From NCBI GenBank assembly GCA_046290465.1, contig JBKAGP010000001.1:1120001-1184000 (forward strand): a DNA stretch of 64,000 nucleotides, written 5' to 3'. Below are positions 31,945-41,799 of the stretch, piece after piece (position 1 is the stretch's first letter; each line of letters opens with the position of its first letter). Source of the stretch: Planctomycetota bacterium. GTDB taxonomy: Bacteria; Planctomycetota; UBA1135; UBA2386. Both the position numbers and the translations under genes were made by a program. Under the pieces are notes generated by a model that saw only the letters and a program-made list of their open reading frames with translations, ran no database searches and was not told the DNA's origin.

Positions 31945-33771
31945 TCAGAAGCTCGACACGTAGCTGCGCACGCCGTTGCTCAGGATCATGCCGAACGCGT
32001 TCTGGCCGTTCGGCAGGCTGTTGGGCGTCACCAGGTTGACCGCCTGCGCATACAGCTCGAAGCCGCTCGGCACGCCGGGCGGCAGGTTGAACGTGGTCGA
32101 CTGGGTCGGGCCGGCGCCCAGCAGCGTCAGCGTGACGTCGAGCGAGCCGACGAACGCGTCGCAGCCAGGTGCACCGAGGAACGCGAGCGGCACGCCGGGA
32201 TCGCTCTGGATCGTGCTGAGCGCGACCAGACCGAGCGTCACGCCGGGCGCGATCTCGAACATGTTGTCGGCCGTGTAGGTGACCGTCGAGCCGGCGGTCG
32301 ACGACGAGATCGGCGCGCCCGACGCCCCGAGCGTCATCGCCGCGACGTTCTGCGCCGACAGCACCGCGCCGTTCAGCGTGCTGAGGTCGACCCCGCCGCC
32401 GTCCACCGACGGGCCCGCGGGCGAGTAGCCGACCACCCAGTTCTCCGGGTTGGCCGTGCTCAGCGCGCCGAACTCGAGCGTGAAGTTCGCGTTCGACGAG
32501 TCGTAGGTGAACTGGAACGTGTTGGTCAACGTCGTGTTCCAGCCGTAGACGCCGTCGTAGGTGATCGTCGCGACCGAACCGTTCTCCTCGTACCAGACCA
32601 GGCCACTGCCGGTCGCGTTCGGCTGCAGGTCGGTCCACGCAGTGAACCACTCGGACGGCTGGTTGAGGAAGTCGACGACGCTCGGCGTGAAGCCGTTGGT
32701 GTTGCCGGTGCCGACCGAGACCCAGCCGTTGGAGCCGACCGACAGGCCCATCGTGCCGCCGACCGTGGCCGTGTCGACCTGGTCGTCGTCGCCGAGCGGC
32801 AGCGACACCGCCGTCGGTCCGGGCGTGATGCCGCCCGCGCCGGTCGTCGTCGTCAGCAGGTAGCCGGTGCCCGGCGCGCTGCCGAGGCTCAGGCCCGAGA
32901 TCATCATGCCGGACAGGTCCATGCCCGCCGGCGTCAGCTCTTCGTAGCCCGAGTCCGAGATGCTGTAGCAGCCCTGGCCGTAGGGTTCGTGGAACGCCGG
33001 GTTGCACGCCTGCGTGATGCACAGGTAGCCGCTGCCGGTGTTGAGGAACTGCACCACCGTGTCGTTGAGGTCGAACGGCGACGGGTTCGGCAGCGTGTAG
33101 GCCGGGAACGGCTCGTACATCACGAAGTCGGTCAGGTTCTGCGGCGCCGTGGTCAGGTCCGACGCGCCCGGGTCGACGACGCCGTCGCCGCGCGACACGC
33201 CGCAGCGCGGGTCGTCCTGCGCCGGGTTGAGCGTGCCCATGACGTTGCCGTCGAAGTAGAAGTGCACGTCGCCGTTCTGGAAGATCTGCGCCTGGAACGT
33301 GTACTGCGGGTCGGGGCCGGGCTGGGTCGTCGCCCACCACTCGACCACGCGCTCCCACGTGACGACGAACTTGCCGGGGATCGTGTTGTTGATCCAGACA
33401 CCGCCGCTGACGCCGGCCTGGCTCCACAGGTCCATGAACAGCGGCGCGATGCGCGGGTCGTCGCCGACCGTCGTGCCGAGGAACACGTCGACCGGCTGGT
33501 AGCCGTTGCCCGCGCCCATCGGACCGTTCGACGCGCCACCGTTGGTCAGGTAGATGATGCCGTTGTCGGTGGCCTGGGCGTGGGTGTAGGTCGCGGTGCC
33601 CATCGGGAACGCGAAGTTCAGCGGCTGCACGTCGAAGTGCACGTCGTCGCCGAAGCCGGCGGTGCCGCCGGCGAGCGGCGCGAGCACCCCGAAGTTCTGC
33701 TCGAAGCACTGGGCCTCGGAGCTGGCTGCGAGCACACCGATGGCCGCAGCGGAGAGGAGAAGGCGTTGCAT
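31945..33771 (-). CDS. Secreted beta-rich protein with two nidogen-like repeats and a distinct C-terminal domain
   Basis: Signal peptide ending SEA-Q; paired motifs DNGIIYL/SNGWVSV, APLFMDL/TAWTDL, YTFQAQI/NTFQFTY; AGAGG upstream. Confidence 0.65.
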   Translation of the reverse strand: MQRLLLSAAAIGVLAASSEAQCFEQNFGVLAPLAGGTAGFGDDVHFDVQPLNFAFPMGTATYTHAQATDNGIIYLTNGGASNGPMGAGNGYQPVDVFLGTTVGDDPRIAPLFMDLWSQAGVSGGVWINNTIPGKFVVTWERVVEWWATTQPGPDPQYTFQAQIFQNGDVHFYFDGNVMGTLNPAQDDPRCGVSRGDGVVDPGASDLTTAPQNLTDFVMYEPFPAYTLPNPSPFDLNDTVVQFLNTGSGYLCITQACNPAFHEPYGQGCYSISDSGYEELTPAGMDLSGMMISGLSLGSAPGTGYLLTTTTGAGGITPGPTAVSLPLGDDDQVDTATVGGTMGLSVGSNGWVSVGTGNTNGFTPSVVDFLNQPSEWFTAWTDLQPNATGSGLVWYEENGSVATITYDGVYGWNTTLTNTFQFTYDSSNANFTLEFGALSTANPENWVVGYSPAGPSVDGGGVDLSTLNGAVLSAQNVAAMTLGASGAPISSSTAGSTVTYTADNMFEIAPGVTLGLVALSTIQSDPGVPLAFLGAPGCDAFVGSLDVTLTLLGAGPTQSTTFNLPPGVPSGFELYAQAVNLVTPNSLPNGQNAFGMILSNGVRSYVSSF

Positions 33772-33979
33772 GGTTGCCTCTTTGGGAACGAGAGAGAGGA
33801 GGTCGCGGCCAGCGCGTCGCGTCGACCGCAAGGGACGAAGGCGCCCCGGGGGGCGCGTCGCGCAATGTAACAAAGCCCGGGCATTCGTGCCGACCCACGG
33901 CACGCCTGCCCGAAAAATCCGTTCCCGGCTGCGTCGCCGTGCGGCCATGCTGGCGCGCTGAGCCCACACCCCCGCGCGC

Positions 33980-34483
33980 ATGCCCGTCGACGACAGCCCC
34001 TGGATCCTGCGCCCCGTGCGCCCGTCCGACGACGCCGCGGTCGCCGCGATCATCCGCGACGTGATGACCGAGCACCGCTGCAGCGGCGACGGCTTCGCGA
34101 TCCACGACCCCGAGGTGCAGGCGATGACGGCGGCCTACCGCGGCGCCGGCAGCGGCTACTTCGTGGTCGTGCGCGACGACGTCGTCTACGGCGGCGCGGG
34201 CTACGCACGGCTCGACGGCTCGTCCCCGGACGACGCGGTCTGCGAGCTGCGCAAGATGTACTTCCGTCCCGAGACGCGCGGCCTCGGCCTCGGCAGGGCG
34301 CTGCTCTCCCTGCTGCTCGACGAGATGCGGCAGGCGGGCTATCGGCGCTGCTACCTCGAGACCACCTCGTGGATGGACCGCGCCCAGAACCTCTACCGCA
34401 AGGCCGGCTTCGCCGCGCAACCGCACGCCGAAGGCGCCACCGGCCACCACGGCTGCGACACGTTCTACAGCCGCGAGCTGTGA
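33980..34483 (+). CDS. GNAT N-acetyltransferase (YjgM-like)
   Basis: CELRKMYF, RGLGLG, CYLET, LYRKAGF, TGHHGCD. Confidence 0.9.
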   Translation: MPVDDSPWILRPVRPSDDAAVAAIIRDVMTEHRCSGDGFAIHDPEVQAMTAAYRGAGSGYFVVVRDDVVYGGAGYARLDGSSPDDAVCELRKMYFRPETRGLGLGRALLSLLLDEMRQAGYRRCYLETTSWMDRAQNLYRKAGFAAQPHAEGATGHHGCDTFYSREL

Positions 34484-34646
34484 GGTCGCGTGCCAACTTC
34501 CGGTGGCGCCGGCGGCTCGCAGCAGCCGCGCGCGATCCCGGCAGCGAACGCGCAACCAGGCTCGATTCGGGCACTAGATCAGGCTGGCGAACTGCCGATA
34601 GCATCAGGTGAAGACGGGCGCTGTCGGGCTCGCTTCGCCTGCATCT

Positions 34647-37121
34647 ATGGACATCCTGCAATACGGCGCCGCCGCGGCCCTGCCCGGCTGGTCGATCTCG
34701 CTCCTGACCGCCGCGCTGCTGCTCGCGCCGGTGTTCACCGCGCGCCGCCTGTGGCTGGTGACGCTGGTCTGGGCCGCCACCGCGTGGACGTTCGGCTGGC
34801 CGATCTGGCTGATCGCGATCGTGTTCGCGCCGATGTTCGTGCTGCTGGTGCCGCCGCTGCGGCGGGCGCTGCTCAGCGACCGGATCCTCGACTTCTTCGT
34901 CAAGAGCGGCTTCATGCCCGCGATCAGCGACACCGAACGCGAGGCGATCGCCGCCGGTACGGTCTGGCTCGACGGCGAACTGTTCTCGGGCCGGCCGGCG
35001 CTCGACCAGCTGGCCACCGCCGGCTACCCGGACCTGACCGACGAGGAGCGCGCGTTCCTCGACGGGCCGGTGCAGCAGGTCTGCGAGATGACCGACGACT
35101 GGCAGGTCTACCAGCAGCGTGATCTGCCGGCGGAGGTCTGGGACTTCTGCAAGCGCGAGCGCTTCTTCGGCCTCAACATCGACAAGGAGTTCGGCGGCCT
35201 CGGCCTGTCGGCGTCGGCCAACAGCGCCGTCGTGCAGAAGCTCGCGTCGCACTCGCTGCCGCTGGCGATCACCGTGATGGTGCCGAACTCGCTCGGCCCG
35301 GCCGAGCTGCTGTCACACTACGGCACCGACGAGCAGAAGCAGCGCTGGCTGCCCGCGCTCGCCGATGGCAGCCAGGTGCCGTGCTTCGCGCTGACCGAGC
35401 CGGGTGCCGGCTCGGACGCCGGCGCGATCAGCGCCACCGGCACCGTGTTCCGCGCCGAGAACGGCGAACTGATGCTGCGGCTGTCGTGGAACAAGCGCTA
35501 CATCACGCTCGCCGCGATCTCGACCGTGCTCGGCCTCGCGTTCCAGCTGCACGACCCCGAGAACCTGCTGGGCAAGGGCCCGACGCCGGGTATCACCTGC
35601 GCGCTGGTCCCGACCGACACCGACGGCGTCGTGCTCGGCCGCCGCCACGATCCGCTCGGGGTGCCGTTCTACAACTGCCCGACCAGTGGCCGCGACGTGA
35701 TCGTGCCGCTCGAGGAGGCGATCATCGGCGGCACCGCCGGCGCCGGCCGCGGCTGGAAGATGCTGATGGAATGCCTGGCAGCGGGCCGCGGCATCTCGCT
35801 GCCGGCGACCGCCTGCGGCGGCGCGCAGATGACCGCGCGCTGCGTCGGCGCCTACGCCGCGGTGCGCCAGCAGTTCGGCCTGTCGATCGGCAGGTTCGAG
35901 GGCATCGAGGAACCGCTCGCGCGCATCGCCGGCGGCACCTACGTGCTCGAGGCGGCGCGCCGGTTCGTCAACGGCGCGCTCGACGAGGGCCACAAGCCGG
36001 CCGTCGTCACCGCGATCGCCAAGTTCAACACCACCGAGCTGTGGCGCCAGATCATCAACGACGGCATGGACGTGCTCGGCGGCGCCGGCATCTCGCGCGG
36101 TCCGCGCAACCTGCTCGCCAACGCCTACACCGGCACGCCGATCTGCATCACGGTCGAGGGCGCCAACATCCTGACGCGCACGCTGATGATCTTCGGCCAG
36201 GGCGCGATCCGCTGCCACCCGTACGCCTACGCCGAGCTCGACGCGATCAGCCGCGGCGACAAGGAGGCGTTCGACAAGGCGTTCTGGCCACACGTCGGCC
36301 ACGTCGTCACCAACGCCGTGCGCACCGGTCTGCTCGGCCTGACCCGCGGCTGGCTGACGCTCGCTCCGGGCCACGCCAGCACCAAGGGCTACTGGCGCAA
36401 GCTCAACTGGGCCTCGGCCGAGTTCGCGCTGCTCGCCGACGTCGCGATGGGCGCGCTCGGCGGCAACCTGAAGCGCAAGGAGAAGCTGACCGGCCGCTAC
36501 GCCGACTGGTTCAGCTGGATGTTCCTCGGCAGCGCGGTGCTGCGCCGCTTCGAGGCCGAGGGCAGCAAGAAGGAGGACCTGCCGCTGGTGCAGTGGGCGC
36601 TCGAGACCGCGTTCGCCAACATCCAGGCGGCGCGCGAGGGCATCCACCAGAACCTGCAGCTGCCGGTCGTCGGCAACGTGCTCGGCAAGCTGCTCGGGGT
36701 CTACTCGCGCCTCAACCGGTTCGGCACCGCGCCGAGCGACAAGGTCACCCACAAGGCCGCGCGCACGCTGCTGCAGCCCGGCGAGCAGCGCGACCGGATC
36801 ACCGGCAACGCCTACGTGCCCGCCGACCCGGGCACCGCGCTCGGCCGCCTCGAACACGCGCTCGACCTGTGCACCCGCGCCGAGCCGATCCTGAAGAAGC
36901 TCAAGGACGCCATCAAGCAGGGCCGCCTGCCGAAGGCCCGCCCAGCACAGCTGCTCGACCAGGCCACCGAGGCCGGCATCCTGACCGCCGACGAGCGCGC
37001 GGTCGTCGAGCACGCCGAGCAGGCCCGCGCCGAGGCGATCGCGGTCGACAGCTTCACGCTGCAGGAGTACCTCGGGGCCCAGCAGGTCGCCGAGCCAGCG
37101 ACCGAATCGAGCGCCTCCTGA
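34647..37121 (+). CDS. fadE: FadE-type acyl-CoA dehydrogenase
   Basis: ISDTEREAI, VMVPNSLGPAELL, PCFALTEP, NKRYITLA, GRGISLPA, ITVEGANILTR. Confidence 0.93.
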   Translation: MDILQYGAAAALPGWSISLLTAALLLAPVFTARRLWLVTLVWAATAWTFGWPIWLIAIVFAPMFVLLVPPLRRALLSDRILDFFVKSGFMPAISDTEREAIAAGTVWLDGELFSGRPALDQLATAGYPDLTDEERAFLDGPVQQVCEMTDDWQVYQQRDLPAEVWDFCKRERFFGLNIDKEFGGLGLSASANSAVVQKLASHSLPLAITVMVPNSLGPAELLSHYGTDEQKQRWLPALADGSQVPCFALTEPGAGSDAGAISATGTVFRAENGELMLRLSWNKRYITLAAISTVLGLAFQLHDPENLLGKGPTPGITCALVPTDTDGVVLGRRHDPLGVPFYNCPTSGRDVIVPLEEAIIGGTAGAGRGWKMLMECLAAGRGISLPATACGGAQMTARCVGAYAAVRQQFGLSIGRFEGIEEPLARIAGGTYVLEAARRFVNGALDEGHKPAVVTAIAKFNTTELWRQIINDGMDVLGGAGISRGPRNLLANAYTGTPICITVEGANILTRTLMIFGQGAIRCHPYAYAELDAISRGDKEAFDKAFWPHVGHVVTNAVRTGLLGLTRGWLTLAPGHASTKGYWRKLNWASAEFALLADVAMGALGGNLKRKEKLTGRYADWFSWMFLGSAVLRRFEAEGSKKEDLPLVQWALETAFANIQAAREGIHQNLQLPVVGNVLGKLLGVYSRLNRFGTAPSDKVTHKAARTLLQPGEQRDRITGNAYVPADPGTALGRLEHALDLCTRAEPILKKLKDAIKQGRLPKARPAQLLDQATEAGILTADERAVVEHAEQARAEAIAVDSFTLQEYLGAQQVAEPATESSAS

Positions 37122-37219
37122 CGTCGGCCGCGCGCTCGCGGCGTGGGAGTCGTTGTCCACAATCGCGTCCGGCAACGGCGCGATGGTGTTCGCGCAGCCC
37201 AGTCGCTAGCGTCTAGCCG

Positions 37220-38323
37220 GTGACCGACGGCATCCTCGTACACCAGCAGATCCGCGCGCTGATCGAAGCAGGCGCGCTCACCTCGACGCCGGCGATCGCG
37301 CCGACCCAGATCCAGCCGGCCTCGCTCGACCTGCGGTTGTCGACGCGCGGCTACCGGGTGCGCAGCGGCTTCCTGCCGGAGAACTGCCGCGTCGCCGACC
37401 GGCTCGAGGAGATGACGCTGTACGCGTTCGACCTGACCGACGGCGCCGTGCTCGAGAAGGGGCACTGCTACATCATCCCGCTGCTCGAGCGCATCGAGAA
37501 GCCGCTCGAGTACCTGATCCGCGCCAACCCGAAGTCGTCGACCGGTCGGCTCGACCTGTTTACGCGGGTGCTCGCCGACAACTGCGGCCGGTTCGAGACG
37601 GTGCCGCCGGGCTACACCGGACCGCTCTACCTCGAGATCGTGCCGCGCAGCTTCCCGGTCAAGGTGCGCACCGGCCTGTCGCTGAGCCAGATCCGCTTCT
37701 CGTCGGGACCGGCGTCGCTCAGCGACGACGAACTGCGCGCCGAACACGAGCGCGAGCCGCTGCTGTTCGACGACCGCGGCGAGCCGTTGCCGACCGACCG
37801 GCTGCGCCTCGACGACGGCCTGATGATGGGCATCGCGACGATGCGCGACCGCGACATCCAGGGATCGATCGGCTACGTCGCCCGTCGCTACACCGGCGTG
37901 CTCGACATGGCCGACGAGGGCGGCCACGACATGGACGCGTTCTTCACGCCGATCCCCGAGCCGAAGGGCGGCCGGCTGATCGTCGAACCCGAGGAGTTCT
38001 ACATCTTCGCCAGCAAGGAACGCGTGCGGATCCCGTCGCACCTCGCCGCCGAGATGGTCGCCTACGACGTCGGCATCGGCGAGCTGCGCACCAACTACGC
38101 CGGGTTCTTCGACAACGGCTTCGGCGGCGAGCACGGCACCCGCGCGGTGCTCGAGGTGCGGCCGCACGACGTGCCGTTCCTGCTCGAGGACGGCCAGGTG
38201 TTCTTCAAGCTCGACTTCTTCAAGACCCAGGAACCGCCGGAAGTCGTCTACGGCGATCGCCGTCTCAGCTCGCACTACCAGGGCCAGGCCCTGAAGCTGA
38301 GCAAGCACTTCCGCCCCGTATAG
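37220..38323 (+). CDS. dcd: dCTP deaminase (long, two-domain DCD type)
   Basis: IQPASLDLRL, ANPKSSTGRLD, YAGFFDNGFG, VLEVR, YQGQALKLSKHF. Confidence 0.92.
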   Translation: MTDGILVHQQIRALIEAGALTSTPAIAPTQIQPASLDLRLSTRGYRVRSGFLPENCRVADRLEEMTLYAFDLTDGAVLEKGHCYIIPLLERIEKPLEYLIRANPKSSTGRLDLFTRVLADNCGRFETVPPGYTGPLYLEIVPRSFPVKVRTGLSLSQIRFSSGPASLSDDELRAEHEREPLLFDDRGEPLPTDRLRLDDGLMMGIATMRDRDIQGSIGYVARRYTGVLDMADEGGHDMDAFFTPIPEPKGGRLIVEPEEFYIFASKERVRIPSHLAAEMVAYDVGIGELRTNYAGFFDNGFGGEHGTRAVLEVRPHDVPFLLEDGQVFFKLDFFKTQEPPEVVYGDRRLSSHYQGQALKLSKHFRPV

Positions 38324-38338
38324 TCCGCGAGTCCGACA

Positions 38339-38380
38339 GCCGGTAGGCCGCCTGCTGGTAGGCCGCCCGCTGGTAGGCCG
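38339..38380. repeat. 15-bp tandem repeat GC(C/T)GGTAGGCCGCCN, about 3 copies
   Basis: Copies at 38339, 38354, 38369, just after the dcd stop. Confidence 0.8.
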
Positions 38381-38422
38381 ATGGGGCGGGTGGACGCAGA
38401 CCCCCTGCCCCAGGACACTGTC

Positions 38423-39319
38423 ATGATGTTGTCGTATCGGGCTGACGAACGCGCGGCGATGGTCTTCCAGGACCTCGCGTCGGCGCTCGACGCCGGCCTG
38501 CCGCTCGAGAGCCTCGGCGGCAACCCACAGCTCGGCGACCACGTGCTGGTCGACCTCTGCTGGCAGCGCGGCGTCAAGCTGCGCCCGACCGAGAAGCTCG
38601 CACTCGAAGCCGGCTGGAAGAGCGGCAACGCGTCGCTGGCGCTGCGCAAGCGCGGCGCCGCCCGCCAACGCCGCGCCGACTTCGTGCGCATCACCCAGAG
38701 CGCGCTCGCCTACCCGATCCTGCTATGCGCGATGCTGCTGCTCGCGTCGCTCGCGGTGATGGCCGTCGCCGGCACCAGCGCGGTCACGGTCATCCTGACC
38801 ATCTACGGCTGCGGCGCGATCTTCCTGATCGTGTTCGCTCGCATGCTCGGCCGCGGCGACTCGTCGCTCGAGCGCTGGCCGGTGATCGGCGGCGTGCTGC
38901 GCGAGATGCGCGAACTCCCCTACCTGGAAGCGCTGCACTCGCTCTACGGCGCCGGCGTCCCGATCGTCGATGCGCACCGGACCGCGTTCCCGACCGTGCA
39001 CATGCAGGGCCTGCGCAAGCAGCTCGGCGTCGCGATGACGATGCTCGAACAGGGCCGGCCGCTGCACGAGGCGCTGGAGAGCTCGGCGTCGCTCAGCCCG
39101 GAGACGCGGCAGCTGCTGGCGACCGGCGAGCGCGCGGGCCAGCTCGAGGAGTCGCTGGCGCGCGCCATCGACCGCCGCTCGGAGATGGCCGGACGCCGCC
39201 TGAAGGTCGCCTCGCGCACCATCAGCGGGGTCATTTACGGTCTGGTAGCCATCGGCATCGCGATCTTCGCGATCCAGTTCTACACCGCCTACTACGCCCC
39301 GCTGCTCAAGCTCCGGTGA
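38423..39319 (+). CDS. Type II secretion/type IV pilus platform protein (GspF/PilC family), shortened
   Basis: LASALDAGLPL, ALAYP plus TM, LYGAGVPI, TGERAGQLEESL, C-terminal TM; start uncertain. Confidence 0.82.
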   Translation: MMLSYRADERAAMVFQDLASALDAGLPLESLGGNPQLGDHVLVDLCWQRGVKLRPTEKLALEAGWKSGNASLALRKRGAARQRRADFVRITQSALAYPILLCAMLLLASLAVMAVAGTSAVTVILTIYGCGAIFLIVFARMLGRGDSSLERWPVIGGVLREMRELPYLEALHSLYGAGVPIVDAHRTAFPTVHMQGLRKQLGVAMTMLEQGRPLHEALESSASLSPETRQLLATGERAGQLEESLARAIDRRSEMAGRRLKVASRTISGVIYGLVAIGIAIFAIQFYTAYYAPLLKLR

Positions 39320-39420
39320 CCGCCCCCGAGGACCAGTCCGCGATCGAACGGCCCGCGACCGACAATCCGTCGGAACGGCACCTTACGGCGTCCCGTCCGC
39401 CGGGGTCCAACCGGCCAGTC

Positions 39421-40011
39421 ATGGACTGCAGCGTGGACAAACGACCGAGACCGGCCTCCGTCTCCGAGCAGGAACGCCTCTGGCTCGAGCGCTGTCGCCA
39501 GGGCGACGACGCCGCGTTCCAGCACCTGCTCCGACCGCATCTGACCGGCCTGCTGTCGCTCGCGCGGCGCTACTGCCGGGACCCGCACTGGGCCGAGGAC
39601 CTGGTGCAGGAGACGCTGGTGCGCGCCTTCAAGGGGCTGCCGCAGTTCCGCGGCGAGTCGGCGCTGCGCACCTGGCTCTACCGGATCCTGGTCCGCCTCG
39701 CCTCCGAGCCCAACCGCTGGCAGCGCGCGCTGCCGGCCGAGCAGCTCGGCGAGATGGACGTCCCGGACCACTACGACGGCGACCGCGCCGAGCAGGACGC
39801 CATCGCCCGCGAACTGCAGGGCCGCCTCGACGAGGCGATGGAGCGGCTGACGCAGCGCCAGCGGACCGCGCTGCACTTGCGAGCGGTCGAAGGCATGGAC
39901 TACGCCGGCATCAGCGCGGTGCTGTCGTGCAGCGCGACCGCGGCCCGCATGCATGTGCTCGAGGCCCGCCGCAAGGTGCTCGCCCGCGTCAAGGAGCATC
40001 TGGACCCGTGA
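39421..40011 (+). CDS. ECF sigma-70 factor
   Basis: GDDAAF, WAEDLVQETL, FRGES, TWLYRI, LTQRQRTAL, EGMDYAGIS. Confidence 0.9.
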   Translation: MDCSVDKRPRPASVSEQERLWLERCRQGDDAAFQHLLRPHLTGLLSLARRYCRDPHWAEDLVQETLVRAFKGLPQFRGESALRTWLYRILVRLASEPNRWQRALPAEQLGEMDVPDHYDGDRAEQDAIARELQGRLDEAMERLTQRQRTALHLRAVEGMDYAGISAVLSCSATAARMHVLEARRKVLARVKEHLDP

Positions 40012-41723
40012 GCCACGAGGCGCGACAGATCTGCGCGCGCACCAATGCGGTGCTGGCGGTGCACCTGGACGGCGACCTGTGGCCGACCGACCTCGACCGG
40101 GAGACGTTCGGCTACGCGTTCGTGTCGGACGACTCGCTGCATGCCCACCTGCGCGAGTGTGCGACCTGCCAGCAGGCGCTGCAGCGCTCGCGCCGCCTCG
40201 ACGCGGCGCTGGCCTCGACCGCCGGCCGCGAGCTGTCGCAACACGACGACCTCGACGCGCTCGGGGACCGCTGGCTGCAGAACGCGCGGGTCGCCGCCGC
40301 GGCGCGCCCGGACGACGACATCGCCTTGCCGGTCGGCGCGGACGCAGCCGGCTTCGATCTCCGCAGTGAGGACGTCGGCAGCCGGCACCCCAGCAGTCAG
40401 AACCTCAGCAGTATTGAACCGCCGTCCCCCGGTCGACGCACCACCTGGCTGGCCGCCGGGCTGCTGGCCACCGCTGCCGCGGCGACCTGGCTGTGCCTGC
40501 TGTCGCCCGAACGTTCCGTCGATGCCGGCGGCGATCGGCCCGGCAACCCGCAGGACCGCTCCGGCCGCGAGGTCGTCGCCCGCGCGGCGCTGGTGGCGCT
40601 GGCCCCGATCCTCGGAACGGCCAGGACGTCTGCAGTTGGCCCGGATGCGATGGGCCCGTCGCGACCTTCGGCGGCCTCGCCGATGCCGACGGCCCACCAC
40701 CACCTGCCACTGTCGCTCGCCGGCCGCATGCGCGCCGATCGCGAACGCAACGAACTGCTGCCCGAACAGCGGAGCTGGTCGCTGGCCGATCTGTCGGCCC
40801 GCATCGCGCGCCGCAGCCTGGACGTGCCCGAACGCCTGGCCGCCGCCGAGCGGCTGGTCCGGCGCACCCGCCCCGGTTCGCCGAGTGCCCGCGCGGCCAC
40901 CGACCACCTGCTCGAGGCGCTGGCCGCGTGCGGCGACCGCAGCGAACACGAACTGCTCGTGCACGAAGAGCTGCTCGACTCGGTGCGCAGCCACAGCTCG
41001 CTGATGGTCCGGCTCGAACACCGTCTCAGCACGATCCGCGGCGCCACCGGCCGCGACGATCGCGACGGCGAACTCGAGCGCAGCGAACAGGCCGCCGTGC
41101 TGGTGGCCGCGCGCGTCGGCACGTCGCGCCTCGACCTGGCCCTGCGCCGTGCGGTCCGCCGCCGTCCGCAGGTCGCCGAGGTCGTCGCCGCGTCGCTGCG
41201 CTGCGGTGCGCGCATCGACGGCGCGCCGGAGCTGCTGCTCGACTGCTGGCACGACCAGGTCGCGCTCGGCCGCCACGCCAACGCGCCGCGCTGGGCGTCG
41301 TTCTGGTTCACCGGCCAGGCCGCGTCCACGTTCACGCAGCTCGCCGACGTGCTGCGCGCGACCCGTTCGACCAAGGCGCGCGAACGCTGCCTGCTGGCGA
41401 TGGGCGTCGTCGGCGACGACTCGACCGTCAAGCTGCTGCTGGCGCGCCTGGTGTCCCCGCGCCGCGGCGAAGCCTGCGCAGCCGCCTGCGCGCTGGCGAT
41501 GCTGCCGCACCGCGTGCTCGAACCGCTGCTGCCCAAGGCCCGCGGCGACGACCAAAGCCTGCTGCGAGCGGCGCTGGCGCGCGCCGGCGTGCCGGCAGCG
41601 CAGTCCTGGATCCGCCCGCTCGGCCTGAGCCGGCCGCAGCAGTGCCTGCTGCGCGACGCGTCGCTCGAGCGCTTCCCCGAGGTGGTCGCGTGGTTCCGCA
41701 ACGGCTACGCGATCGGCGACTGA
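40008..41723 (+). CDS. Putative anti-sigma factor (HxxxCxxC, one TM) with helical-repeat C-terminus
   Basis: GTGA overlap with the sigma gene; HLRECATC; TM WLAAGLLATAAAATWLCLL; HEAT-like segments. Confidence 0.65.
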   Translation: MSHEARQICARTNAVLAVHLDGDLWPTDLDRETFGYAFVSDDSLHAHLRECATCQQALQRSRRLDAALASTAGRELSQHDDLDALGDRWLQNARVAAAARPDDDIALPVGADAAGFDLRSEDVGSRHPSSQNLSSIEPPSPGRRTTWLAAGLLATAAAATWLCLLSPERSVDAGGDRPGNPQDRSGREVVARAALVALAPILGTARTSAVGPDAMGPSRPSAASPMPTAHHHLPLSLAGRMRADRERNELLPEQRSWSLADLSARIARRSLDVPERLAAAERLVRRTRPGSPSARAATDHLLEALAACGDRSEHELLVHEELLDSVRSHSSLMVRLEHRLSTIRGATGRDDRDGELERSEQAAVLVAARVGTSRLDLALRRAVRRRPQVAEVVAASLRCGARIDGAPELLLDCWHDQVALGRHANAPRWASFWFTGQAASTFTQLADVLRATRSTKARERCLLAMGVVGDDSTVKLLLARLVSPRRGEACAAACALAMLPHRVLEPLLPKARGDDQSLLRAALARAGVPAAQSWIRPLGLSRPQQCLLRDASLERFPEVVAWFRNGYAIGD

Positions 41724-41799
41724 CCAGGTCGCGCCAGCAGCCTCCCCCACTGGACCCAGCACCGCACTGGGCCGCCCCCGCACCGAACCCCCTCCCGCC

